Assembly: GCA_030390025.1 (NCBI GenBank)
Contig: JASTWF010000244.1
Location: 186,001 to 250,000, forward strand
Source: Squalus acanthias
Lineage: Eukaryota
DNA: 64,000 nt
Reading direction: 5' to 3'
The translations under genes and the position numbers were made by a program. Positions 14,201 through 25,180 of the stretch are shown here, piece by piece; the stretch's first letter is position 1, and every line of letters starts with the position of its first letter. Below the pieces are notes generated by a model. The model was not told where the DNA came from. It saw only the letters and a program-made list of their open reading frames with translations, and did no database searches.

Positions 14201-17200
14201 AGCCCAAGGTGTTATGGAAGAATATTTAAATAAACATCGAGCACAATTCTGTAACTTTTGTGCCAGGTTTCCTCTTTATCCTATGAGAATGAGAGCAAGA
14301 GAAGCTGCACGCGAAGGAGCTTTTAATGTGCCACAGGCGTTCCATTTTGTTGAATCTTTACAATAATATAAGTTTTATGAGTGACAAAGAAATATTTAAA
14401 TAATATCATAGTAATATGATATCTACAAATATGATCAAGAACATAATTAAAAAAGTACATTAATTGGGCAGTTATTGGTGCTTTAGTCACATCTATAGAC
14501 TTTGTATCAGTAACTGGTACAAATAAAAGATGTGTGTATGTATAGGTAATATATAAAATTAAGCAGATTTTAAATGTAATTGTAAAGGGGTGGATTTACA
14601 ATCTTGTGCAAGTTTAGCGGTAGAGCTGTCACAGTGTAAATGGTGCTTACAATGTGTTTCTGGGATTTCTGCAGCTCTTCCGTTGAAGTTAACAATGGAC
14701 AAGTGAGAGAACCTCTGCAGAAATTCACCCTAAAGTCTCAGACTGAAAAATTAAATTAGTTATATTCAGGGACTGAAAGCAAACTGAACCAGTGGAATGC
14801 ATGATGAGAATGAAATTGTTACGGTTGATGATTTGATTTAATGTGTAACTGGACAATCACAGCATACTGTGAGAAAAACCTGACCAGAAACAGCACAAAC
14901 ATTTATTTAAATGGTATATGTCACTTTTTTTTATCGTGCAGATCAATTCACTGCAATTACTGTTGAGTTGGAAGGCAACAGCCAAGAATGGCCAGTGAAA
15001 AATGTATTTCCCTCATCATCCAGGGTAGCACGTGCATCCCCTCAGGAATTTCTGAATTAACAATTACCAGTAGCTTTTCAAGTAGAACAGAATTTCCATC
15101 TCCATCAATCTGTTAGCTGATGTAATCAACTTGTTTTTATTTTGGTTTGTTTTCCATGCTGTCAAGTAATCAGCTGGAGCAATGGCCACGGAACTCACGC
15201 CTCAGGTTGACGGACGTGATTCCCGAGCTGCGTGAATCCCATGGCCATGCAGGGAAATTTAAAAAGTAAGTGAAAAAAGGCTCTTAAGTGCCTGTCAACT
15301 ACCTGATAATGATCTCAATTTGGTCCCCCACCACTGCAGGTTGGGTGGGCTCCACGATGACAGACGCTCCTGTGGGAAAGGCCTGTGGAAGCGAGCTGTC
15401 AAAAATAACAACTTTCCCACCCGACCCACCACCGATCGTGCCTGCTACCACCCCGGAAAATTCAACCCAATGTTTATGGTCGATGACCTTTCGTCAGAAC
15501 GATCCTGACAAAAGGTCATCAACCTGAAACGTTAACTCTGTTTCTCTGTCCACAGATGGTGCCTGACCTGCTGAGTATTTTAAGCATTTCTGTTTTTATT
15601 TTAAAATTATATTCCTGGCTGTCTTGTAGCACTTGGCAAGGCCAGCTGAACATTCTGCCAGTACACAGTTTGGAGCTTGCACAGCAGGGTTAGCAGGATT
15701 ATTTGCCAGGATTGCTGAATTGCCTTTCATACTTGATATGACAGTAGGTAACATAAACTCAAAGGTGTGTGTTTTTTTTTTAAGTAGTCTATATTCTATA
15801 AATTCTGAGAACTTTGTAAACATTAAATATTTGAACCAAGGATGACGGATATTATAATACCTCCTCGTATTATTCATGAAGAAGTGCTTGCTGTGACCTG
15901 TCCAATTAATGGATTTAAACCGAGACCGCTGGCTATCACTTGGTACAAAAAACAGAACAATATGTTGGAAAAAATTGTGGAACTTGAGCCAGGAAAACCA
16001 GAGTTCATTGCTGGGAGAGAAACCGAGCAACCCAAATATTCCCACAGTATAACTGAGCTGGAGTACGACGACCACACGTACAGTGTTGCCAGTGTTCTAG
16101 TTTTTGTACCAACCATTAGTGAAGACCATGGCACAGTGTATGTTTGTGAAGTAATGCATCGAGCCACAGATTCAAACATACAAAAAGAGGTTAAATTAAA
16201 TATAAAAGGTACTGTCAGCATTTCTCTGATCATTTTGTTTAAAATGTTTTCCTGCAATTTTAGCTGCAATATTTCTCAATCAGCACAGAATGAATAATTA
16301 TAGTGAATTTTTAAAGAGGTTAAAAGAATATTAAATTGGGTGGTTAGTTAGCACTAAGAACGATCACTTAACATTACTTGTGTTGCAATTCCAGGACTGA
16401 TTGTCCCATAAGTTGGCCAAGTAGTTCTCTGCATAACTTTCCAGAGTGGTCTGCTGCTTTCTTCTGACTCTGCCAGTGTACCTAATAGCATGAGATCAGG
16501 ATTCAGAATAGTCAGGGTTACTTCTGTCTGTTCCACTGGGTTTGTTGGTTTGAAATTGGCAGGCACAGTGGTGTAGAAAATGCCTGATCTCTGCACCAAG
16601 AGCAGAACTCTTGATGTATCAAAGCTTGAATATATGGAAGTGTTTTGTTCTCTGGTCTAAAATATATTGAAACTTGACTGTATGTGGTTTCATTACAATG
16701 CAGACTATTCCAAAACCAACTGTTTGCTTAACAGTGTGTTGGTATATTATACTTATTGTTAGATTCTGTGGATCTCACAGAATACAGTTCCTGTGGGTGA
16801 AGTTAGAATATCCCTTCTAGAGTGGGCACATTCAGAAGTGATCAGAGAGGTGCAGGTAATGGGCCTTTCCAGGGATAGAACGGAGTAGCTTTTTGTTTTT
16901 ACTTCTGTTTGTTTGATTTTGTGGAGGGGTGGTGATACAGATGTATAATTAAAATCAAACATTTGTACCGTAGCTTGTAACGTTGTACATGTCGAGCTGA
17001 ATGTCCGTTTCTGTTTAAGCTGCTAACTGTTTCTTCTTAATGATTCAATCTAAAATCAGTTTTTTAAAAAAAATACCTGCAGTTTGTTTCACTAATGTTT
17101 GTTATTTTCAAAATTCTACAATTTGTATTTTTCCTTTTTTGCTCAGCTATCCCAAAATGTGATGATATAAAACTGACACCAGAAACCCCAATTGTAGAAG

Positions 17201-20200
17201 AATATGCATATGCATCTTGTAGAATATATTCCTTCTTTCCAAAAGATATTAAAGTTATTTGGAAAAAGGATAATATCGAATTTGATGTAATGGATGCTGA
17301 TACTGAAGCAGTCTTTGGAAAGGATCAACTTTATTACTTTGTAAGTCGTTTCAAATTCACTCCTGTTAGAGAAGATTTGGGGAAGATATTAACTTGTGAA
17401 TTCCAGCACGAAAGTATCAAGGAGTCCAGAAAAACTGACCGTAAACTGGTCAAAGTGGGTAAGTAAGATGTTTTATTTTTGTTAACGTAATGGCCCTGGA
17501 ATTTGTGGTCAATGGCGAAGTGAATGCATTCGCTGCTGGCCCCGAAGTAAGCTTCGCACAAAGATCTCACGATCTCTGTGTCGAAGTTTGGGTTTTCCGA
17601 CGTTCAATTCAAATCAACGGAGTATAGTGGGGATCTCCTAGTGCAAGCTGCTGTGACGGCAATAAGCTCTCTAAGCAACCAATCAAAACGCTGAATTCTC
17701 ACACAGCGAACAAGAAAGTGAGTAATCTCTTAAAATTCTAACTTTTTAAAAAATGTTAGAGCAAAACAAAGATTGGGGCTCACACATGGGGGGAAAAGGT
17801 AAACCTGAAATAAAGATGAACAAACTTTAAAAAAATTTTTTTAAGTTACTTAAATTTTAATTTTTATTAAAATGGATAAATTTCACACTGCACAAAATTA
17901 AAATTAGTTTTTCAGACCCATAACCTTTGTTTAGCAGTCAATACACTGTTAAAACCCTTTGGGTCTAACTTTTAGTGGGGAATTTAACAGCATAATTACT
18001 GTGGAAGAGCTAAAATTTTCATCCGTTTCCCTGATTTGAGTGATTACACTGATTGCCAGCTCTGTTGAGGTATGGGGGCGGGTGTGCACAGCGCAGCCTG
18101 TAGCGGAGCAGTGACTGACGGACCGCAACTTCAATCCCAAAGTTGCAGTCAGTTTCAAAGGCAGAATAATGGAGAACGCTGCCAGTTCGCCTCCATCCGG
18201 ACCGCAAATTTCAGGCCATTATTTGTTATTCTAAAAGATTCTAATGTTCATTGTAGAACGCAGCAGTGCATAAGTAGCTGATTTTGTTAACTTTTTAAAA
18301 ACTGGCTGGCGGAATGGATAACATACCGGGTTCATGTGCTCCCTTTTAATCTCTAGGACTGAGGTGCAATTCCAGCCAGACTGATGGAATGATCTCCTTT
18401 CCTTGTTGGCTGTAGTCTTGTGTGAAATGAGATCGGGCAGTTTCAGTCCAGTCCAGTCCCCAGTTAACATAAACACAAAATTACCCTTAACTTTAAATTA
18501 TTTGTGACAAAACTAGAAATCTAGCCAGAAATGCCAGGATGGCTATTGTGGCAAGTAGAAAAATTCATACTGATGCAACCTCAGGTTGAAGCGCGAGGTA
18601 CAATCCGGGGCAAACAAGGGAGCTTGCTCAGTACGATAGCAAAATACTGCGGATGCTGGAAATCTGAAATAACAACAGAAAACGCTGGAAAAACTCAGCA
18701 GGCCAGGCAGATTAAGGCTTAATCTGTCACATTAACACCACCTCTAGCCTTGCATATCTCTTAATGTCTCTTCATCTCCCCCTTTGTTCTTTTATCCCCT
18801 CCCCCTTTTCCCAGCTTTACTCTGGCCTTAAATCTATTTGATTTCCGGCTCTTCACAGTTCTGACGAAAGGTCATCGACCTGAAACGTTAACTCTCTTTC
18901 TCTCTCCACGGATGCTGCCTGGCCTGCTGAGTTTTTCCAGCGTTTTCTGTTGAGCTTGCTCAGTAGCTGGCTGTACTTATACTTGACTTGGGGGTACTTG
19001 ATTTTAACACTGGAGACAAAGTTGGAAAAAACTATTCCATCCTTCAGCACTGACCTCTTTCACCTTGAAGGCCATCATTAAAAAGTAAAACTAATTGCAG
19101 AAATAAAAGTTTTGTATTACATAGTATTGACAGCACAGAAACAGGCTATTCGGCCCAACAGGTCCATGACGGTGTTTATGCTCCACACGAGCCTCCTACC
19201 CGTCTTCATCTAACCTAATCGGCATACCCTCCTATTCTTTTCTCCCTCGTGTTTATCTAGCTTCCCCTTAAATGCATCTATGCTATTCTCCTCAACTACT
19301 CCTTGTGGTAGCTCTCACAATTTGTCAGACTCTGATACATGTAGCTTTAAACCTTGTGAGTGCATTGATATTAAATGCAGGTTTTGTTCCAACTGCATTC
19401 AATTCCTAAAAGGATTCAGCAAAGGCGGGGGCGGTGGTGTCACCATTAGTCTGCTCCCTGATATTCTTCCCTGTTGATTTCCTCCCTGGTGCTGCTTCCC
19501 TGCTGGTTTATTTTCTGAGTAATTGAAGTAGCTTGCAAGATACTACATCTAACTATATATTTTGTGTTGTTACAGTATCTTCTCCATTAGTAGGATGCAT
19601 AAGATGTGAACCAAAATTCCCAGCGGCAGGAAAAGTAGCAACGATTGTATGCTATGCACACGGCTTTTTTCCAAAGGAAACTATGTTCATGTGGTTCAGA
19701 AATGATGAGAGAACTGATGATCCAGGAATCATTTCTACCGACCCCCAGAAAGATGAAAAAACTGGCTTTTTCTGCCGTGAAAGTCAATGGAAATTGTTAA
19801 TTAAGCCAGAATATCATCAAATTGAATTCAGAGTTGAGCTGCTTCATTTCCCAACTTCACACAGACCTTCAAGGTCCACTTTCACCTTACATCTTGGAGG
19901 TATGAATTAAATGCATGTTTGTTTCTCTACTGGACTGCATTAATACTAAACTTCTAGTAAGCTGCACATTTCGATTAAATGGGAAAGTTTTTTCAAATTT
20001 TCACATACTTAAATAACTATAAATACAAAGTTACCACAAATGTGTTGTACCAAAATAATTTTAGAAGAAAATGTTGATGCGCCCTTGCTTATGAAATATA
20101 TATTTCCTGCTTTCCAGTCCCTTTCTATTTTACAGAGGAGTATGAAATGGGGCCCTGGTTGGATTGGAGTTATTGAAATTCCAATACTTTCATTCAACCA

Positions 20201-23200
20201 TAAACTTGAATTATTTTTGCATCAAAACAGTTGTTAGAAAATCAAAATAATTGTGAATGTTTATAAGCAAGTTTTTAGTGGTAATATTGAACTCAATAAT
20301 TTATTCATTCATGTGGGCATCGCTGGCAAGGCCGGCATTTATTGCCCATCCCTAATTGCTCTTGTGGTGGTGGTGAGCTGCCGCCTTGTGGTGAAGGTAC
20401 TCACAGTGCTGACTTTGTTGTAGTGGTTTGGTACAACTGAGTGGCCATTTCAGAGGGCAGTTAAAGGTCTGGAGTCACATATAGGCCAGACCAGGTGAGG
20501 ACGGCAGGTTTCCTTCCCTGAAGGACATTAGTGAACCAGTTGGGTTTCTACGACAATCCGGTAGTTTCATGGTCACCATTACTGATGCTAGTTTTTTTAA
20601 ATTTCAGGTTTATTTAATTAATTGAAATTAAATTCCCTAGCTGCCATTTGAACTCACGTCTCTGGATTATTAACATCATAATCCGGTAACATAACCACTA
20701 TGCTACCGTATCGTATGATATCAAATCTACGAGTTGATCTTGGTTTTAGCACACATAGGCCTGTTAAGATACTTCAGATCATCTCATATCCGAGTAATAC
20801 CTGTTTTGCTAAGATCCATGATAAACACACAATTTCTTGATTATTGACTGTTAAATAACTATAATTTACTTGGACTAAAAACCTAGGAAAACTGAGTTGA
20901 AGTGTATGGTTAGTATTGTCCTTCCACCTCTGTGGCCTAGGTTTGAATTTAGCCAAGAATGACACGTCTTTTTGGGAGACTGAACCTAGATGTTTCCAGG
21001 GCCACAGCACAAAATTGCCCATAATTTGGAATAAGTTGAACAAATAGCATAGTAGTGTTACCTGACAAGCTAATTATGCCTGGAATTCTAGGCATGGGGG
21101 TGGGGGAATTCAGAGATTGGCTAATTCTGAAAGTGGGGTAAAAGACAAAACCGGGTCTGGAATCAAACCAAAGGAACTGACTGATCTTCATCAGTACATT
21201 GCGAGCAGATGAAAATGTCAAACGTTGCTACTATGGACTAAAAATTAGGGGGCAAACAGACCTTGACGGGAATTATAATAAGTAATGGGGAATGCAAAAG
21301 CTTTGCCTTTAAATTGAGCTTTTTGAATATCTGGATGCATGAAACCTTCCTTGCGCTACTCTTGATTTACAGTACTACTCTTACTAGATCATAGATCAAC
21401 ATGTAATGGGTAAGTTATTCTGAAATTCAGGAAATGCACAATTTCATTTAGCCTCCGAACTTACTGGCCCGGATTTTGCGGTTGCAATGACGGTGAAACT
21501 GTCAGTGTTCGCCGTCATTCCTCTGTGAAACTGACAGCAAATTCTGGCGTCCGCACATGCGCAGTTAATCGTGGAAATCCAGAAGTTGCTGTCGGTGATT
21601 CCCTGCTCCTCCACGGTGCGCTGTTGAAGTCCCCACAGACGGAAATCTTTATAAATCACTTTAATTGACGTGCCCTTCCATTTTTTACATTCTAATCATG
21701 CTGTAAAAACACCTGAAAAAGTTAAGCCTTGTTGAACGAGGTGTAACTGGGTTTTTAACAGCGTACTAAGTCATAATTACTGCTGAAAAACCTCTCTGGC
21801 CCTGAAAAACTAATTTTATATTTGTGGAATGTCAAATTTCTCCCTTATAATATATCCATAGGTTTTTAATATAGTGAAAAACTTTTTTTAATTTGTTCTT
21901 GATATTTCAGCTTCTACCTTAATCCCATGTGTATGTCCCGATCTTTATTTCACTCTCTGTAAAATGATTAAAAAGTGAAGGATATTCAGTGCTTTTTACT
22001 TCCTAGTTTGCTGTCTAAGTATTCTTCAGTGTGATTGGCTGCTTAGCCTGCTTGATGACATCACTGTTGCTGGATGCTGAAGATCCCCTATAGGTGATGT
22101 CAGAATGAAATTTAACATTGGGAAAGGTGAAATCCATACCACAGAGATCGCTAGATCTTTGTGGGCAGCTTTCTTAGAGGTCAGCGGCGAGCGCTGTCAC
22201 TTCGCCGCTGACTGTAATATCCAGGCCTTTGGTTTTTTTCTGCATCAAAATGTTTATGAAGTTAAAATGATCATGGATAGCAATAGAACATAAAGGTAAA
22301 ATAAATGCTGTTATTGTCTGAAAGCATTAATTGTTTGTAATATTTGAAGAGTCTAATTTCAGGATGTTTGCAATTAACTAACGAAGGGATGAAAGTTGAG
22401 AAGTAGAACGTTGAGAGGCTAACTGAACTTAAAAAATTACAGATTTTTCATGTCGAATTTAAGATTACAAAGATAATAAAGTTGATACTCATTTGTTATC
22501 TAAAACATTTAACTCCTTATGTTATTGTGGGGAAAGTATGTAACAACCATTTATCATGTCAGACTGGTTTGCTAACATGGACAATTTAAATAGTATTAGC
22601 ACCATCTTTCAGGTTTTTTTTACTTTGGTTTTGTGCTGATTGTATTCCACAGAATTTCATCAAATTACAATATTTCATGTTCTAGGAGGGGCAGGGTTGA
22701 CTACTGGTACACTACACACATTGCTCATTGCCATTATTAGAAACAATTCTTGTTCTTTCTTTTCAAACAGGAATTCCAATAGTTTCTGACATCACTCTTG
22801 AGCCAGAAATTCCATCATATGGCCAGCCTCTTGTTCTTAAGTGTCAAGTAACTAATTTTTCTCCCAGTGTAATCTCAACCAACTGGCTAATGGATGAAAA
22901 GCCTGTCCTTAGTGGAGTCAGAAATATAGGCCCGGAGAAGGAGAAGGAAGAAGGTGGATATTATCAGTTACTTTCCCACCTGGAGTTAACACCAACAGCT
23001 TTGGATCACAATAAGGAATTTGCCTTTGTAGTGGCACATGAAGCTTTATCCAATAGTATTAAAAAACAGCTATGTTTAACACTTCCAGGTAAGCTAAACT
23101 GGTGCAAAACCCTAATTTCTCTGGAATCTGTAATATTGAATGATTTAGGTAACGAGAACTGAATTTATCATAGTTATCAACAAAATGTAATTTTTGAAGA

Positions 23201-25180
23201 AGGCAATTTGTGCTTGGATGTGTTTTTCCTATGTCTTTCTATTTATTGTAAATGGACCTAGATGGGTAAATGGACCTGGATAGGAGTAAAATTAAAAAGA
23301 TTACAGGAAAATTAAGAAACTTTGAATTAAGAAAAATAGCCTGTATTTCAACTCTGTAAAATTGGAGCATGGGAGTGTAATTAATTCCCCTACAGTCACT
23401 TGCCCTCCCTTGGGTCCTTTAAATTTTAAACCCACCACCATCACACGTGACAGCAATAGTGCACCAATAAGTTAGGGCCTACTATCCAATGTTGCTGTGG
23501 TGAAAATGATGAGAAATAGGTTAAAATACCTATTTCTTTCTTTTGCCTCTCTTTACAATACTTCTGACCATATTTGGGTGAAAGGATTGGACACCTGATA
23601 ACATTCAGTGGGAAATCCTGGAAGTGACAATGCGGGAAGCTGGTGGAATGGCTTCCCAACCAATTTTCTTCTGCCCGCTGGAGTTATGGCAGGGAGCCAG
23701 CGTAACTTGCAAGGAAATGCGCCCTTCTATGAATTCCTCAAAAAATGCAGTGAAATTAGTCAACCACGACTACTAAATTTCCATCTGTCAGATCAGTGGT
23801 GGTGATGGGGCTGAATTTTCGGTTTCAGAGGACTGGAATTCAGCACGTGTTCAATCATTATTCCTTGGTTTAGCATGCCAGCTGAGGTAAGGTCCTGGGT
23901 GTGGCGCTTGGAGCCATTAGTGAGAGCTGGGTGAGTCATCAGGACCAATTGCCACTAAAATCACCCTTCTGGGTGCAGATGTTTGCCATGCAGAGGTGCT
24001 ACCTTTTGGGCTCACCCAAAACACAACCTACCTTTTGTAAACCCATGCTGACTGTCCATGCCTTTCTAACTGTTGAGTCACAGAATCCCCACAATGCAGA
24101 TAGAGGCCATTTCGGCCCATCGAGCCTGCACCGACACATATCCCACCCTAGCCCCGTAACCCCACGTATTTAATCCCCCTAACACTAAGGGTCAATTTAT
24201 CATAGCCAAATCAACCTAACCCGCACATCTTTGGACTGTGGGAGGAAACCGGAGCACCCGGAGGAAACCCACGCAGACACTGGGAGAATGTGCAAACTCC
24301 ACACAGACAGTCACCCGAGGCCGGATTCGAACCCAGGTCCCTGGCGCTGTGAGGCAACAGTGCTAACCACTATGCCACCGTGCTGCCCTTTAGTCATTTA
24401 ATCCTGTCTCATGGACTGTATATGTTTACCCACAATCAAGGCAAGACTTTAATTTCTTGACTTATTCTTTTTCCCTTTCTTGAACAAGAGTATAACATTT
24501 GCAGTTTTCTAGTCAACTTGGAAGATTTCCCATTTCCAAAGATTTTTAGTATTGTCCTTCAGTATTGTGGAATGCCTATCATCTGGTCCGGATGACATCT
24601 ATTTTTAGTCTTTCTTAAGGGTGTCCTTTTGAATATTTAGCTGGAGTTGTGGCTCTTCCACAGCCTCCTCAGGTACTCCTTTGGTCCTACCTTCATCTCT
24701 AGTGGTCCCAGCTGTACCGTATGAGTATAGTAACTGAGTTTTCCAAATTAAAGAATTCAATTTGCCAAAGTTATCTTAAATACATTTACCAGAATGTTGA
24801 GACAAATTATCAGTCCGCAGAAAATGGCGCTAACTCAATATTTGCATGTTCCATTCTGTTTTAAGGTTCTCCTCCCACTATGTCTGAAATCAGATGCAAC
24901 CCAACCCGGCCAGAGAAAAACAAAGTGGCAACTTTCACTGTTTCACTGACTGATTATGCACCTCAAGAAATTGAAGTTAAGTGGTTCAAAGGAAAGCAAC
25001 CCTTCATAGGACCAGTGGTTAATACAAAGCCTGAAATTGCTGCAAATGGTCTCTTCTCTTCAGTAACAAAAATAGAATTTGCTCCAGAAGCTTCTGATCA
25101 GGGCACAGAAATCGGATGTACGGTTATTCACTCAGAAACTAAAGAAGTGACGGACCAAAAGATTTATTTGCAATTTTAAG
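1853..25180 (+). CDS. NCR3LG1: Gene 1: B7-H6/NCR3LG1-like type I membrane protein, V-C1-TM-(C1)x6; multi-exon, 5'-partial, possibly lesioned
   Basis: Nine exons with phase-1 boundaries: 1853-2218, 6051-6371, 12000-12116, 13324-13763, 15831-16208, 17147-17458, 19576-19899, 22771-23088, 24866-25180. V and C1 resemble human B7-H6 as recalled; the symbol denotes family, orthology is not tested. Confidence 0.8.
3373..5899 (+). mobile_element. 5'-truncated CR1 LINE (endonuclease C-terminal part, RT, tail), degraded
   Basis: ORFs 3444-3998 (LGKSDH), 4363-5058 ([20 protein letters not shown]), 5067-5318 and 5322-5801; tail cctactcctgctcctac..gttcttatgttc. Confidence 0.95.
6051..6371 (+). CDS. Gene 1 extracellular Ig C1-set exon
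   Basis: ttttcacAG acceptor, G|GTAAGT donor, 321 nt; KCESFGFYP..MNW..KNDDGTYNVASRL..YICYVKHRSL, both canonical Cys present, NGT sequon. Confidence 0.93.
7975..10172 (-). mobile_element. Penelope-like retroelement (RT + GIY-YIG endonuclease), frameshifted, with terminal hammerhead-containing repeat
   Basis: FYLLPKIHK..PGRPIVS, MDVQSLYTSIPH, VAMGTSMGPSYA, FFRYIDD; GIY-YIG motif NLVYCIRCSRCGLLYIGETKRRLGDRFAEH in ORF 8408-9148. Confidence 0.93.
8070..8106 (-). ncRNA. Minimal type I hammerhead ribozyme motif (Penelope terminal repeat)
   Basis: Minus strand reads AGUU-CUGACGA-A-AGGU caucg ACCU-GAAA-CG-UU-AACU: stem I, conserved core, stem II and palindromic minimal stem III. Confidence 0.8.
12000..12116 (+). 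CDS. Gene 1 transmembrane exon
   Basis: ttttacctacAG acceptor, G|GTAAAA donor, 117 nt, phase 1-1; translates EPEVVIPAGIIAGSVFVSVLMCVAIVGIGFFMYLKFLRK, a hydrophobic helix followed by a basic stop-transfer cluster. Confidence 0.9.
13324..13763 (+). CDS. Gene 1 post-TM Ig C1 domain D1 (large loop insertion; 3' frameshift)
   Basis: Poly-T AG acceptor; VPPKVSDISKPPRIIH..LLNCQISGYRP..VHWF..NSDGSSSV..LRIQVQHSTL. TGA at 13749-13751, while the shifted frame gives KEITLKVEG up to the GTAAGT donor at 13764. Confidence 0.82.
15478..15600. mobile_element. Penelope terminal-repeat fragments in inverted arrangement, degenerate hammerhead cores
   Basis: ggtcgatgacctttcgtcagaac (minus copy) next to ctgacaaaaggtcatcaacctgaaacgttaact (plus copy); both match 8070-8106. 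Confidence 0.75.
15831..16208 (+). CDS. Gene 1 post-TM Ig C1 domain D2
   Basis: EPRMTDIIIPPRIIH..AVTCPINGFKP..ITWY..DDHTYSVASVL..YVCEVMH; donor G|GTACTG. The start is inferred from homology to D1 and a 378-nt in-frame length; the acceptor reads AT. Confidence 0.82.
17147..17458 (+). CDS. Gene 1 post-TM Ig C1 domain D3
   Basis: ttttttgctcAG / G|GTAAGT, 312 nt; ASCRIYSFFPKDIKVIWKK..LYYFVSRF..LTCEFQHES. Confidence 0.88.
17492..18217. mobile_element. Non-autonomous TIR element (MITE), probably Harbinger-derived
   Basis: TIRs ggccctggaatttgtggtc / gaccgcaaatttcaggcc; internal cacaaagatct..gatctctgt is shared in inverted orientation with 21466-22227. Confidence 0.7.
18634..18951 (+). mobile_element. 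Short Penelope-derived insertion with inverted ends and 14-bp TSD
   Basis: gagcttgctcagta is duplicated at 18620-18633 and 18952-18965; perfect 37-bp inverted repeat aacagaaaacgctggaaaaactcagcaggccaggcag. Confidence 0.8.
18857..18893 (+). ncRNA. Minimal type I hammerhead ribozyme motif
   Basis: agtt-ctgacga-a-aggtcatcgacct-gaaa-cg-tt-aact, identical to the reverse complement of 8070-8106. Confidence 0.8.
19576..19899 (+). CDS. Gene 1 post-TM Ig C1 domain D4
   Basis: ttgttacAG / G|GTATGA, 324 nt; TIVCYAHGFFPKETMFMWF..EFRVELLH (F-strand Cys replaced). Confidence 0.87.
20303..20710 (-). mobile_element. tRNA-headed SINE whose 3' tail matches the LINE at 44-45.7 kb
   Basis: Minus strand starts ggtagcatagtggtt (A-box-like) and ends gggatgggcaataaatgccggccttgccagcgatgcccacat. 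Confidence 0.7.
21466..22227. mobile_element. MITE, same family as 17492-18217, opposite orientation
   Basis: TIRs ggcccggattttgcggt / actgtaatatccaggcc. Confidence 0.65.
22771..23088 (+). CDS. Gene 1 post-TM Ig C1 domain D5
   Basis: ttttcaaacAG / G|GTAAGC, 318 nt; LVLKCQVTNFSP..TNWL..GYYQLLSHL..EFAFVVAHEAL (F-strand Cys replaced). Confidence 0.88.
24078..24388 (-). mobile_element. tRNA-derived V-SINE (HE1-like)
   Basis: Minus strand gggcagcacggTGGCATAGTGG (A box) ... GGTTCGAATCC (B box); V-domain-like core reads gaaaccggagcacccggaggaaacccacgc on the plus strand; near-identical copy at 48477-48791. Confidence 0.88.
24866..25180 (+). CDS. Gene 1 post-TM Ig C1 domain D6 (contains stop TAA 25177-25179)
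   Basis: ctgttttaAG acceptor; ATFTVSLTDYAPQEIEVKWFK..NGLFSSVTKI..IGCTVIH (B-strand Cys replaced); TAA then G|GTAAAT. Confidence 0.87.

Noticed and set aside
24300-24388. tRNA gene (also 48700-48791)
   Set aside because: A and B boxes are the head of a repeated SINE with core and tail; no full cloverleaf or terminator.
1853-25180. Immunoglobulin heavy-chain locus (IgW/IgNAR/IgM) or TCR
   Set aside because: The V exons encode a complete domain ending in a splice donor, with no RSS heptamer/nonamer or J (WGxG/FGxG) segments seen; the TM exon precedes the C1 array; V and C1 match B7-H6 motifs.
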